64,000 nt of DNA. It comes from the human T2T-CHM13v2.0 reference genome, Homo sapiens. Numbering within the stretch: the first letter of the stretch is position 1; each line of letters starts with the position of its first letter. Below, one piece after another: positions 1 to 14,379 of the stretch. The stretch lies in the NCBI RefSeq assembly GCF_009914755.1, contig NC_060936.1; one strand, written 5' to 3'. A program made the position numbers and the translations under genes. The notes under the pieces are model-generated. The model did no database searches. It had not been told where the DNA came from and saw only the letters and a list, made by a program, of their open reading frames with translations.

Positions 1-165
1 ATAAATTAAGTTGAAAAGAATTTATATATTGACAATATTGAGTTTTCCTATCTATGAACGTAACGTGGAATATCTCTCAATTTATTTAGGTCTTCTTTGA
101 TTTCTTGCATAAGAATTTTTAATTTTCTCATATAGATATTGTACACGTTTTGTTAGACTTATATC
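1..165 (-). mobile_element. Old LINE-1 (L1M) ORF2 fragment, cut by window edge
   Basis: 'ttgacaatattgagttttcctatctatgaac...gaatatctctcaatttatttaggtcttctttgatttc' resembles antisense L1 ORF2; compare the homologous young-L1 stretch at 30650-30725. Confidence 0.6.
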
Positions 166-1399
166 TGCCTGAAGATTTTAGTAAGTAATAGCTATTCTTA
201 TTAAAATAATAAAAATAACATCATCATCTGAAAGTGACATATTCCCATTGATCCATTTTAAGGTGGCAATACTGATTTAAATAAACATGCTCTGGCATTG
301 TTTCAAAATATCAATACTCAGTGGTGAGTACATGGGCATTTGTAATAACATCTATATTTTTGTCATGCTTAAATATTAAATAAATAAGTAGATATATATG
401 TATATAATTTTTAAGTTGCACAACTTGATTGTCATTGCATAGCATAGACCAAAGCCATATATCCTAGTTTTAAATCCAAGCTTTATAATCTACTAACCAT
501 TTAAGCTGGGGCATTTTACTTAAACTTTTTGGCTCTAAACTTCATAGCTATAAAATAATAATAATAATACATTAGCTTATTTGGTTATTGAAAATTCAAT
601 GTATAAAACAATGCCTTATACACAGTTTATAATATATGACTATTAAATATTATACTCTTTTAGTCACTTCTTAAAATAAATGGATTATTTTTATAAAAAT
701 CAAGTATATATAATTTCAGATATGAAAGCAATATGTGTTCACCACAAAAACTGTAAAATAATATAAGGAAACATAAAGAAATGTCCTCATGATCCTGACA
801 CACAGAGATAACCATTATTTACATTTCAGTGTCTTTATTTATGGCTTTTTTTAAATTAATGTCTTTTCTTTGGTTTTATTTTACATAGTTGTGTTCCTAT
901 TATATTTACAATCTGGTACCCTGGCATTTTTTTTTTTCACTTAGCATAATGACAAGAATATGTCCATTAAAAAAATATTGTTTTAAGTAGATGGGAAACA
1001 TTCCACTCAATAGTTTTTTTTTCCTAACAATCATTGGCCATTTAGATTGTGTCAAAATTGTGTTACTCTAAATAACATTCATAAACATCTTTAAACAAAG
1101 CTTATTTCCTTAGGATATGTGATAATGCAAAAATTAAGAAAACAATTTATGTTACATATACATGTATATTAATCAAATCAATCAAATAAAACTGAGTATG
1201 TAGGTGCACTGTAAGTTGAAAGTAGGGAGGCTTTATATAAAGATAAAATGAATAATTTTACATTCACTCAGTGCAGAACACTTGCACATATGAAGTTATT
1301 AAACCTCCAACAGTCAAACCTCCCAAAGACTCAATAACCTGTATTCAAATATACACCCATCTTCAATTTCATGAACTGTACATGAGCATTAATATCATA

Positions 1400-1485
1400 A
1401 AAGAGTACATACTGTGTGATTCCAACTATATGACAATCTGGAGAAGGCAAAACTTTGGAAACAGTAAACATATTAATGGTTGCCT
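1400..1485 (+). mobile_element. L1MC-type 3' region fragment
   Basis: 'tacatactgtgtgattccaactatatgacaatctggagaaggcaaaact...tggttgcc' is a typical L1MB/MC 3' motif. Confidence 0.5.
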
Positions 1486-2435
1486 ATAACATCTGTATAT
1501 TATAGCCTCATAAAGAATAATACCTATTTAGGGGAAAATATACTGTTTTTATGTCTAACTTGAGGTATTCTTAAAGGAAGTAATGTTGGATATAAGTGGG
1601 AAGAGATTCTAGAACCCCATTCCAGGCTTCTCATAGTTTTTTACCACCAAATAGTCCTTAGATTGTCTCTGACTTCTCCTACCTGCTTCTCAAACTCAAT
1701 TCCTGTAGTATGGGTTTTCTCACACACCAAGTTGTACTATGGGGTAAATATTGGTCTCATTTAAAATTAATCAAAGAAATTAAGCATTTTATCACTGTTT
1801 CTGGGCAGTATAAGATTACCAATATGACACTAATGAGTGATAAAATTCTAGCCAAAGACAAAGAAACTGATGCATTATAACTTACACAGAATTATGTTTA
1901 AGAAATGTCAACTTTCATTGGGATACCTGAACAATTAAAATTATTTCAAAGTACCACCTACTCATTTAACATACAGGCCATCTGGTACTTAGAAAGGACA
2001 AATACCTTGAACAAAACCACGTCTCTTGGCTTCTACTTTGATACATGATCGATTCCCCATGTTGATTTTTTGGTAATTTAAATGAACTTTAATTTAGTTA
2101 TTTATAACAATTAACAAATTGTAGTGAAATAAATTATAATGAAAGGAAAAGAAGAAAAACAAGTTAACAGTTAAATTACAGGTAATATTGATTTTATAAA
2201 TCTACTGCACATCACTGTTACAGGTGTTAGTTTTACGCCACTCTGCTTTAGCAAATATAAATGTTTTTATTTGTATGTACCTGTGAATTTGTTAAGATTC
2301 ACTTATTTTTATATAAAGAGGGTGATTTTCTTTTGAAGGGCTAGGTGAATGTATGAATAGAAAGTGAAAAAACGGGCTGATCCTTATGATAGACATCAGT
2401 TTTGGAAAATGCTAAATCCATTATTGGTTCCTAAT

Positions 2436-2563
2436 TACCAATATCCTACAACAACAAAGACCAATCTTAGAGAACCATACCAATATCCTACAACGGCAAA
2501 GACCAATCTTAGACTGCCATACCAATATCCTACAACAACAAAGACCAATCTTAGAGAGCCATA
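2436..2563 (+). repeat. Minisatellite, 3 x 42 bp
   Basis: Units at 2436-2477, 2478-2519 and 2520-2561, consensus TACCAATATCCTACAACAACAAAGACCAATCTTAGAGARCCA, few substitutions between units. Confidence 0.95.
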
Positions 2564-3204
2564 GAATCTTCCCAACCAAATCTGTGATATCAGTGCGATG
2601 AATCAAGAGTGAGCTGTGAGCCTTTTAAGTGCTTAGCATTTGGTGTTTAAACAGTAAAATTAAGGTAGAGTTCTTAAGGTCAGCAGTTTTATTGAAGAGG
2701 GTAGGGAAGGGACACACTGGCATTTCCAAAGATCCAAAAATTAGGGGTTTGCTTCATCCCTTTCCAAAGAGTGAGAAGTATAACAAAATTCCTGCAAAGT
2801 AGGCTTTACACAAAGGACTAACATTTAACCTAAATACATTTATCTCTTAGTACATCAAGTTCTTAATTGCCAAGCATATATTACCAAACTGAAATTGAGG
2901 ATAAATGAATATTTTATATGCAGTCTCCAAAGGCATAAGAATTAAAAATTAAAGTAAAGGCACTTGCCAATGTTTTAATTTGCCTGTTAAAAAAGCAAAC
3001 ACAAATATTTGATGCTGACTATATTTTAAATTCTTCAAATCTAACTCAGTCAATCACAGTAGCAGTAATTTGTAACTAAATAGGGTTTTCTTGAATCTTA
3101 CAGGGAAAGAATGCTGAGGACAACAACAACACAATGGCAACCGTTTTTTACTTATTATTTTACTCTCACTTTTCTATCACTGGGAATACTGTTGGGGAGC
3201 AAGA

Positions 3205-3390
3205 ATAACTAACACTTTTCGAATATTTATTATGTGCCTTGCATTCTTCTAAGTACTTCACATGTATTAGTAGGTACTATTATCATTCCCATTTTATAGG
3301 ACAAAAACCTGAGGCACCAACAGATTAAGTGATTTGTGCAGGATCACACAGTTAATAAGAAGTAACAGTCTAGAGATGAAACCCTTCCTT
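3205..3390 (-). mobile_element. MIR SINE remnant
   Basis: MIR core in antisense: 'cccattttataggacaaaaacctgaggcac...attaagtgatttgtgcaggatcacacag'. Confidence 0.7.
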
Positions 3391-5211
3391 ATAATATTGA
3401 CACAATACTGTAATGCAGTAAAGCCTTAAAGCATATTATATCTTTTCATGTCAAGCAGATTGACAATTTTCGACTCATTTCCAATTGGCTTGGAATATGT
3501 CATCACACACCCAACAATATTTTTATATCCCAAAGATAAAATGAAGATTAGATTTCATTATATAGAGGCCCTTTAAAAATTATTTCCACAAAAGAGAAAA
3601 ACTAATTTTTCTTTTAAAACATCAGTGAGAATGCTAAAAAATAACAGGTTATATTACTTGGTTTAATTTCCATTTATGGGAAATTAGATCACGTTGTGCT
3701 AAATCCATATAACATAAGGCTGTTATCCATGGGTTGCTTTGAATTTTCTTTAAATTCCTTCCACAGCACTGTATTTATCCCAAGTAAGTAAATCCCTTTA
3801 AACCCCTATTTTGTGGCTATCTGCCATGTGCTCTTATTACCAAAGGGTAAACCTAATGTTTAACTGTGTCCTTCTATTTGCCTTAAATAAAAGAAAACCC
3901 TAATACGTCAATTACAGCCAGCTCTCAATTATCTGTTGTCACGGGACAAAGACCACAACAGCAAGGATAATTTAAATCCACGAATAATTAGAAAGTCTAA
4001 TTTTGCCATTATCTTGATTCTTCCCTGTAACAAATCTTTCTTGTTTGAACTGAAAATAGGTAGAAAAAAATAGACTCAATCAAATATTATGGTTTTTTTT
4101 TTTAAATGTTTCTGATATAGACTAGTGAAAAGGCTAATTGGGAGAGAAATCTATCCAAAAGCATCCAAAAACTGAGTGAGGAAGGTAACCTGTATGTAAA
4201 AACTCCCATTATTCATTCATTACGTAAGAGATTCTCAGGTGAATTTAGGGGTATATGAATTTTCCGAGAAAGAAGCCATACCTTCAAATTTGAAAAGTTT
4301 TAGATTTATTTATTTCTTTTTTTGGATCTGATCAGCTCACCAGTCACTGTGCTGATGCCATCCCATATTCCAGTGATATTAGCACCTCCATTGACATCTG
4401 GCAGGATGCCTTCTGTCAGGAGCCTTATAGCCAATCAGAGTTGATGATATTGTATTAATGGTTCCATAATAAAATGAAAAAGATGGCCTTCATTTTGATG
4501 AAAGCTGTAAAGTAGCTATTGTGCTTGTTTGGTATTGCAAGGCCCAAATGTATTATTTATGCAATTTTTCTTTTGAAAGAAAAACTGAAAGAGCAGATTT
4601 CATTTTATAGCATTCAGTCAAAGCTATTGTCTCATGAATGTGAACATTTCTGTATTTTATTTCCTCAGAGTGTAGAAGGCATTTTTTAGAGATCATCTAA
4701 GTGGGGATTTAAAAATTTAAAAACTGCTTTTAAAATAGGTAGGCCCTAATGACTGGATCTATTGTTCATACTGGTAGATAAGCTAAATCAACACTTGCCA
4801 CATAAGAACTTGCACTTAGTTGGAGGTATAATTTCCAAGGTCTTAGCTAGTCATTAAGACTTTCTGTTTGCTTGTTTTAAATAAAGAGAAAAAAGTCAGT
4901 AATTTTATCATAAAGTAATTTATCAGGAACAAATGCACAAAACAATAAAATATATTTTTAAAATACTAAAGCTATTTTGTCTAAGTATGTCATTGTGTAC
5001 TTTTTATATAGGAGTTTCAGTCTGCAGAAACATGATTATACCAAAGGAAAGTAAGAAGAAAATAATCCACTTATAGGAAAAAAAAAAAGCAAAACCAAAT
5101 TTTAATGAAAAAGCAGATTTAAAATAATAACATGATATAATGACTTTCTTGGTAATTTTATTCAAGTATCCACTATCTAATTTGAACTTCATAGAAAGTG
5201 CAAAATTAGCA

Positions 5212-5528
5212 CAGGTTGAGTAGCCCTTGTCTGAAATGCTTGAGACCAAAAATGTTTCAAATTTTGATTTTTTTTGGATTGTGGAACATTTGCACATATA
5301 TAATGAGATTATCTTGGGGATGAAACTCAAGTCTAAACATGAATATATTTCATATACACTTTATAGCCTAAAGAAAATTGTATTCAACATTTTAAATAAT
5401 TTTGTGCACGAAACAAATCTTAAGTACTTATGAGTAGAATTTCTAGTTCTGGTATCATGTTGGCACTCAATAATTTCAGATTTTGGAGCATTTCAGTTTG
5501 TGTTTTTGGATAAAGGATGCTCACTCTG
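5212..5528 (+). mobile_element. MER46/Tigger4-family non-autonomous DNA transposon (TcMar)
   Basis: Termini 'caggttgagtagccctt' and 'aaggatgctcactctg|ta' form degenerate TIRs; internal 'gaaatgcttgagaccaaaaatgtttc' matches the recalled consensus. Confidence 0.75.
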
Positions 5529-5539
5529 TATTAATGAAG

Positions 5540-5887
5540 TAGGCAAAATTATAGAGATAGTCAAAGATCAGTGGTTGTCAGGAGCTAGGATGACAACCTA
5601 GGGATGCCTAGGGGTGAATAGGCAGAGGATTTTTAGGGCATTGAAACTACTCTGTATGATACTATAATGGTGAATAAGTGTCATTATGCATTTGTCTAAA
5701 CCCATAGTCTATATAACACCAAGAGTGAACCCTAATGTAAACTATCAACTTTGGGTGACAATGACCTGTCAATGTAGGTTTATGCGACATAATTAATGAG
5801 CATGTACGGGAGCAGGGAATAAGGGAAATCTGTAACTTCTCAATTTTTCTGTGAAGCTAAAACTGCTCTAAAGAAAGGCTTAAAAAT
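5540..5887 (+). mobile_element. L1MC 3' end fragment
   Basis: 'accaagagtgaaccctaatgtaaactat...ctgtgaagctaaaactgctctaaa' is a typical L1MC1/2 3' terminus. Confidence 0.7.
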
Positions 5888-5998
5888 ACAGATATGCCAC
5901 ATCTTCATTTTTGGCCAATGATCTTGCTTCTTATTTTACTAAGAAAATAGGAGTGAAGAAGATAATTTTACCCTGTTCCCTCTACCATGTTTACCCAC

Positions 5999-6341
5999 TG
6001 TTGTTGTCTGAATGTTTGTGGCTTCCCAAAATTCATACATTGAAACTTAATCCCCATTATGATAGTATTAACAGATGCAGCCTGTAGGAGATGATTAGGA
6101 GCCCTTATGAATGGGATTAGTGTCCTTATAAAAGAGGCCTGAGAAAGTTTATTTGCCCCTCCTGCCCTTTGAAGACACATAAAAGGTGCCATATATGAGG
6201 AACAGGCCCTCACCAGACACCAAATTTTCCTGTAACTTGATCTTAGACTTCCCAGTCTCCAGAACTGTGAGCAATAAATTTGTGTTCATAAATTATGCAA
6301 TCTAAAATATTTTGTTTTGACAGCCTTAACAGACTAAGACC
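5999..6341 (+). mobile_element. MaLR solo LTR (MLT1A-like)
   Basis: Begins 'tgttgttgtctgaatgtttgtg...cccaaaattcata', contains 'cttcccagtctccagaactgtgagcaataaat', ends 'cagactaagac'. Confidence 0.8.
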
Positions 6342-6379
6342 TTCACCTACCTGCATCTGTGTTTATCTACTCTGTTTTC

Positions 6380-7870
6380 TCACCTCTTCCACGAATGAAC
6401 TATTTAGTGCTCCTAGCTGAGGACAATCTTCTTGTAAAATAAATCTTACGCATTCTTGCCTACTCAACACCATCACTCTAGTAATTATCCCTTCTATTGC
6501 TGTTATCAATTACCGTTTTTCTTTCTTCATGCGGTTATTTCTCTCATTAAAAAAAAAACAAAAACTCTTTCTTGATCTCCTTTGCCCTCTGGTTATCACC
6601 CCCTTCTTTTCTTCGATTTATATTAAAATTAATCAGAAGAGTTGTCTGTAAGTAACTAGTCTCCACTTCCTCTAGCACAAGTTTCTCTTGAATCCATTCC
6701 ATTTTTTTGGCTACTCATTACTCCATCAGAAGTGTCCTTTTCTTTGTCAAAAATGAGTGCCATGTTTCTCAATTCAATGCTAAATTTTCAGTCCTCCTCT
6801 TATTTGATTAGTCGGCAACATTTGACACAGTTGAACCTTAAAAATTTCTACTTTTTGAATTTTTTTTTTGCTCTTGCCTAAGGATTGTTCTTTTCAGTTT
6901 CCTCTTCTGATTTTTCATAACTTCATAACATTGGTGTGTCTCAGAGCTTATACCTTTTACCCTTTGTATTTCAGTCCTTATACCTTTTCTTCTTTCTATC
7001 TGCATTCACTCTCTTGTTTTTATCCAGTATTGTGGTTTTACAGTTTTATTCTCTGATGGGGTCTTGCTGTGTTACCCAGGTTGGTCTTGAACTCTTGAGC
7101 TAAAGTGATTCTCCTGCCTCAGCTCTGGAATAGTTGGAATTACAGGCATGCACCATCACTAGTATCATGGTTTTAAGTGACATTTATAACCTATAACCTT
7201 CCAGCCTCAGCTTTGACCCTATATTCCAACGCTGAATATACAAGTACTTATTTGAAATTTGCATTTAGATGGGTAATAGTTATCACTCAAACTTAGCATG
7301 TGCAAAACCACTGAAACCAGTTCCCTCTAGTCTTTACCATCTCAGAGAATGGCAACACCATTCTTCTGGTTGTTTAACCCTAAAGCCTTCTACTCATTTG
7401 TGCACATCCGTCAACCAACCGATTAGCATATACTAACACTCGACCTTCAGAAGATAATCAGAATCTGATGACAATCACAATACTTTCATCACTACCACCT
7501 TAATCAAAGCAGATATCATTTCTCACTTGGAATATCGCAATAGTTTTCTTTTCAACCTTTTCTCTCCACTTCTATCTTATTCTTCTTAAGTCTGTTTTTA
7601 AGAAATTACCCAGAGTAATTGAATGAAAAGAAAGGGAAGTTCATGTAACAAGTCTCCTTAAAGCCCTTCAATAGCTTCCTGTATCACTTGGAATAAAAGC
7701 CAAATCCTTCTCATAGTCCTTGGCCTATACAGTGTCACTTCATTGTCTTTTTACTCTCAGGTATTGCTACTCTCCTGCTTATTCACTTTGCACCAGCCAT
7801 CCTGTCCTCCAGCTTGTTTCTTGAACACAACAGACATGCCCTGCTTCAGGGTATTTTCATAGACCATTCT
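6380..7870 (+). mobile_element. L2 LINE remnant, interrupted by a FLAM
   Basis: L2 motifs 'gcaacatttgacacagttga', 'ctcaaacttagcatgtgcaaaacc', 'catctcagagaatggcaacacc', 'gaataaaagccaaatcctt'. Confidence 0.6.
7041..7160 (-). mobile_element. FLAM / Alu left monomer
   Basis: 'gatggggtcttgctgtgttacccaggttggtcttgaactc...ttacaggcatgcaccatc'; degenerate TSD agtattgtggtttta (7026-7040) / agtatcatggtttta (7161-7175). Confidence 0.8.
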
Positions 7871-10276
7871 CTTCAGTGGTAGGAAGGTAAATTTAAATTT
7901 TGGAGTTCCTCCACATGTCTCCCTAATCCTTGCCTCTTCCTTTTTCCCTCACAGTTATGTCGAAGTGTTTTGAGGAGCATTAGCTTACATGGTATTGGGT
8001 TCAATGCACAGGATGTGCACCTTGCTTTGGTGTCATTATTACCTACTTTAGTATCTGCTTACAGTGCTATTCTTATCTAATCTTCCTTTATGAACCTTTA
8101 CAGTTCACTCACTCCCCCATTTTCTTTATTAGTCCACAATGTTACTTCAGGCATGCCAGCTCTTCAGGTCATAACTGCGCTGTTCTTGATCTCCTGGTAA
8201 ACCTTCCACTGCCCCAGTACCCCTCTAGGCTGCAGAAAACTCTTGTTAAGGTCATCTTAGGTCTTTCTGCCCAGATGTGTCATGTGAAGCATTCTACCCC
8301 TCCCTCCCCAGTCTAGGCATGGTGACACCTAGGGACCTTGTGAACTGCATCTCTTCCTTGGGAACAGGGAACTCAGCTCAGATTATTTTTGATTTAAGTC
8401 TTTCCCTTTCCAGGGATTCATTTTGGGTAGAAGAAACAGAAAAGTGTTATTTCAGAAAAGTGTTATTTCTCAAGAACCCACCAGTACTCATGTTCTCTTT
8501 CCCCTTCTTTGATTTTTCTCATCACCCACCCCTTTGTGGAAAATTTATGCGGTCTTGAATAGTGCTGGAGACTACAGAAAACTTCTTTTCCTTACTGCAC
8601 ATTTTTCCATAGCTTCTGTCTGTGCAAAATTTCGGGATTTGAAACATAAAACTATGAATAGATTTGCCTTTGTTGTCTTTGTTTTGGTGTACCATCCCTC
8701 CCTGGTGGCAGAAAGCAGGTAATACTCTAGCTACTCTTTGAAAGGGGAAGATAGTAATAAGATATAGAAAGTAAAGAAAAAAACTCTTCAATGTATATGC
8801 AAAATATTATCCTTCTACACAGAATTTATAATCTATTTGGAAGCAAATATAAGATACTCTAGCATAATATTTATCCCGAATATATATCCCGAAGAATACA
8901 GAGTATTTGTGTATTCTAGGTTCAATGCATCTTAATTTATGATGCAATGAGTTTGGTGTTGAGCTGTAGGTTTCTTGAGTTTCAGATTCAGGGGACTTCA
9001 TTTCAGAGAATCATTAAATCACTTTGAATATTGTATGGATATTGAAATATATTATCTATATTACATATTTAAATATGCTGCACTATATTATAAATACACT
9101 GTAAATGTTATATGTATGTCATTTTATAGAGCTAGAGATAGAGTTAAATACCCCAAATATTCTACTATCTACTTTTGTTTTTATAAACTTAAATTAGAAA
9201 TCTATAGCCATAAATTACTTTTAAAAAACTCTTCTTCTTTTTTCATATTAGAATGATAAGCAGAAAAAGATTATCAAGTACTTCATATCTAGTATCCTCT
9301 CTAGAAAGACAAAGTAACCCAGTGGGGCTTTGCTGATATTTGCTTATAGAGTTGTTATCTTCCCTCCTCCTTCCCTTCCTCAATCTTCTCTTTCTCCTCC
9401 TCTTTTTTGAAGACTAATTATGATGGTCTCCTCTGTAGTTATTTCCACCCTCATCTATATAAAGCATTCCCTTAAAATTCTGCTTGTGTTCCCTTATATC
9501 CTATAAAGCAATCAGCCCTCTAGTCCCAACTTCTGGGAATTTAAACCTTGTAGCTGCTATCACCTCCATCCTCAAATTCTGAATTATAAAAATTGTGTTT
9601 ATCCTATAAAAAAATTGAACATTTATAACATTGAGGGGTTTCCTTTCAACTGAGGTACACTCAAAGTCTGAAATGCATGAGAGAATCTGGTATAGAGACA
9701 TATTTCAGGTAAGGCAATGCCTAACTTAATCAGTTTAAAAACCTTGGAGGAGACTGGTGTCACTGTGGTAGCTGGGGGCTATCTGTGCACCATTTTGAAA
9801 GTTGGGATGAAGTAACTTATATCAGAACTTCCAAGTCAGAAGTGGTTTTCACTATGGAATTAGCTTCTCCAGCATCTAGATGACACATGTACCCCCAACA
9901 GCTGTAGTCAATCTCTTGGATTCTGATGTCACCTGGTGGATGACCTGCTACAGGTGGAGAGCACAGCATATTTGTACATTGGGCACTTTTTGTTACATTC
10001 TTTGATTTGACAATAGATACATTTTTTAAAATTTTAGAGTGTTTCCCTTGTTTTCTTCCTTTACTATTTTTGCCACTTGTAATAATGTGAAAAGAATCCA
10101 AAGGAAAAGCCTTCATTTTTTTTCACATAACCCTATTTGCCTTAAAAAATTTAAATATTCCCTTTTCTTCATTTATGTGCTCATTCTACAAATGCTTGTT
10201 AGGTATTTATTATGTGCCAGGTTCTGGTGAGGACATAATTTCTGCCCACTGTGTAGGTTATACTCTAAACACATCA

Positions 10277-10605
<329 letters not shown>

Positions 10606-10640
10606 TATGAAAATAAATATTTTAAAATTATTTTAGTGAT

Positions 10641-11006
10641 TATCTTAGTCCATTCAGGCTGCTAAAACAAAATGTCATAAACTGGGTGGCTTACAAACAA
10701 TTGACATTTATTTCTCATAATTCTGGAGTCTGGGAAGTCCAAGATCGAGGCCCTGGCAGATTTGGTGTCTGGTGAGAATCTGCTTTCTAGTTCATAGATG
10801 GTGTCTTTTTGCTGTGCTCTCACATGGCAGAAGAAGCAAACAAGCTTCCTTGGGCCTTTTTTATGAGGGTACTAATCCCATTCAGGAGGGCTCTGCCCTC
10901 ATGTTTTAATTACCTCCCAATGGTTCTATCTTCTTGTAATATGACATTGAGGGTTGGGATTTCAACATGTGAATATTAGGAAGACATGAACATTCAGACC
11001 ATAGCA
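10641..11006 (-). mobile_element. MaLR solo LTR (MLT1A0-like)
   Basis: 'tcttagtccattcaggctgct...ctgggaagtccaagatcgagg...aacattcagaccatagca' is an antisense MLT1A. Confidence 0.8.
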
Positions 11007-13112
11007 GGGCCATGAAAGAAACACGTTCATAATTAAATAGAATACAACCATCAGTTTTACTCAGGGGTAGGCTTTAAAGAAGAGACCATTCTTAGACCTT
11101 CTAAACATAAGCACTTCTGTGGGTACATTTCTATTATTCAGCACATTTTTAATTTTACTCTGAAATTTATTATAATTTGAAGAAGAATTTCTATAGACAG
11201 GCTTCTGTCCATAATTAAATTAATGTAATGTTTCAGAAGAGTTACTTGAAAAGTTTTGATCTCATAGTTGTGTTCATAGTAGGTACCTATGTGGTATAAG
11301 CAACTACGGGTTCTTTGTTCCAAGTTAAATTCCTGAATTAGAACTAGGAATGAATGCACAGATTCATTCCTGATTATCATTGGTAAACCATTTCTGGCTA
11401 TTTAAGATAAGTTTTCCAAAAGCACTTGTAATGTCTCTTGATTCTAGCCTGATGATTAAGAATGAGAAGCTGAATCTTGTCTAAAACTTGATTTAATTAA
11501 AGGCTTTCAGGAATATCTACTGGAGTTTTAGAAACATTGTTGATTTATGCAGAGTTATAGGGATAGAGAAGATAACTTTTCTTTGGTGAACTTAGCATAA
11601 GCCATCTATAGGCTCTCATATATTATGCACATGCCGTGGTCATGTTTTCAATTAAATGGAAAAGAGAGCCATTAGCTTGTATAACAAATATTTATTCATC
11701 CCCAACTGAATGCTGCAAGAGGAGTAAAGATAGAAAGTAGTATCAGAATGCATCATAGAATCTACACTACTCAGTCCATGTTGTTAAGCATTTAAGGTTT
11801 ACACAGAGCAGCAGTGTGCTGCAGCAGTCACATTCCAAAGTGATTTTTCTGCAATCAGAGTTTCATTCATTACCCAATTTTCATGCAACTCCCCTGGCAT
11901 TTGAAATATGTTTCAAGGTAGACTCCCCAAGGGCTTTTCCCCTCCCATAATAACTGATCTGCAGTGTCCAAAGACAGATCTAAATATCTTTGGTGCAAAT
12001 TACTTGAGGCCTGCAGAGCATGATTCTCTGTCATCTTCATCACATTTCACACCTACAGAACTGATAACAGATTAATATCTAGGCTGAAAATATTTCATCA
12101 GCGTCTCTGGCTAAGGCACCTTGCATTATTTTATCTGGGGGCACCAATAAAAGGAGGAGGGGGCCCAGGAAGAAAAAATTTATTTGCACTCAGAGAGGAG
12201 GAATAAAAAAAGAATTTCCTCTAGTATTATGAGAAAGGCGACAAAGCTGGTCCTGGCAAAGTTCTCTGCTCCGATTATGTATACACTTTTATTCAATCAT
12301 TGTATCGCTCCGTGTCTGACATTTGGTCAATAGTGCAATCTACCACCGATCAGAATAAAACAGCCACCCAGAGCACCTTGGAATTTCATTAGTTTCCTTT
12401 CAATGTAGTCCTTATAACTAGATGTTTATTTGGAAACACAAATTCAAAGTTCAATTCTGGGCCCTGTCAATATTAGTAAAAAGTCAAGGATCCTAGATGT
12501 TACTGTAAACCTGGTTTTTTTCTTATTTATTTATTTATAAAAAAGAGTTGAGGGAGGGACAGTAGAGCATAAAAACAGTTACTAGAATTAAAATTTAAAA
12601 TAAAAAATGATTGAAAGCAAATTTTACACATATGGAAGGTCTATTTCTTCAATATTCTAGGTTATGATAAGTGCAAAAATGGAAAAGTACCCAGAAAATA
12701 TTTTTACATGTGTATTCAGTATTTGTATATTATAAAGGATGTGAAAGTGAAGCTTAGTGGGAAAAGTGTTCTCGACACATAATATTGTTAATTACAAGGA
12801 GGGAGCACAATGTGGTGCAAGGAAATGGATTTGGTTTTGTCCAAACATAGACATTAGTAGTGGCCCAACCACATATTAACTGTTGGCTTTGACACAACTT
12901 TTGTCTAAGCCTCAATTTGCTTATCTGAAAATGGAGTTAGTGTCACCAAACTTGAGCTGGACAAGAGATGAAATATATAGTAGCATATATCTAAAGCAGG
13001 TCATATGATAAGTCCTTTATATTCATTTCCTCTCCCTTCCTTGTTTCCACAGTAATCAGAATAAAAATTATCTGAGTATCTTATTACTTTGAAAAGATTT
13101 TATTCTACTTGA

Positions 13113-13574
<462 letters not shown>

Positions 13575-14379
13575 AGATCTATTTTGTATCAAATGAATTG
13601 ATGTTTTAAGGCTATACAGGAACAAATGAATGAGTCAATTAAAGATCAATAAGAACTAATATTATCATAAGACTAAGTCAAATGATGCAAATATTCATAG
13701 TAACACCTTTTTAAGAAAAGAAATTTGGTCAGTTATTAGAAGATTATCTTTAACTGGGCTAATACTGATTTCATATTTTAACATAGTGTGCTGAAAGGAT
13801 ATGATCAAGGCCTTATTGCTATGTCAGATACAGATTTAAAATATTATCTGCTTTTGAGATAAAAAGAAATTCCAATAAACTCATAAAAGAGACCAAAACA
13901 CTTGGTGCAATTGTGGGATTGACAACTTAAAGTTTTTGAATAAAATACATTTTATTTCATCATAACACATTTTTAACTTCTTTCCATTTATACCATTAAC
14001 AGGCAGTACCAGTCGTGTTTTTTCGTTGTGTTTTTTTTTGTTTTGTTTTATTTTATTTAGAAGCTTTGGTTCTATTTTCTAAAAATTACTGTTTGTAATA
14101 ATAAATGTAATATTCAACTTCCTATTCATACTTTAGTTTTGACCCACGGTTGCAATTGTCTTTATGTGCTTCGAACCAGCTAAATATTATTCTATATTTT
14201 ATTTTCACCACAACAATGATTTGGGATATTGTATCTGAAGCAAAATTCACTTTCTGCAGATTATAAAAAGTGGAAAACCATTAGAACTCTGTAATGTCAA
14301 TCACTGCAAAATAGGGACTTAAATTTTCTATGAAACTGTGCATTTTCCAGTGGCTTTTCAAATCAAATTACTGCTTGGT

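Noticed and set aside
2364-2606. 42-bp repeat as a CRISPR array, or its repetitive ORFs (PYQYPTTTKTNLRE) as proteins
   Set aside because: Units are head-to-tail with no unique spacers and the context is primate DNA; the ORFs stay open only because 42 is a multiple of 3.
5573-5598. Inverted repeat ggttgtca / tgacaacc
   Set aside because: Only 8-bp arms inside a decayed L1; expected by chance or minor template switching.
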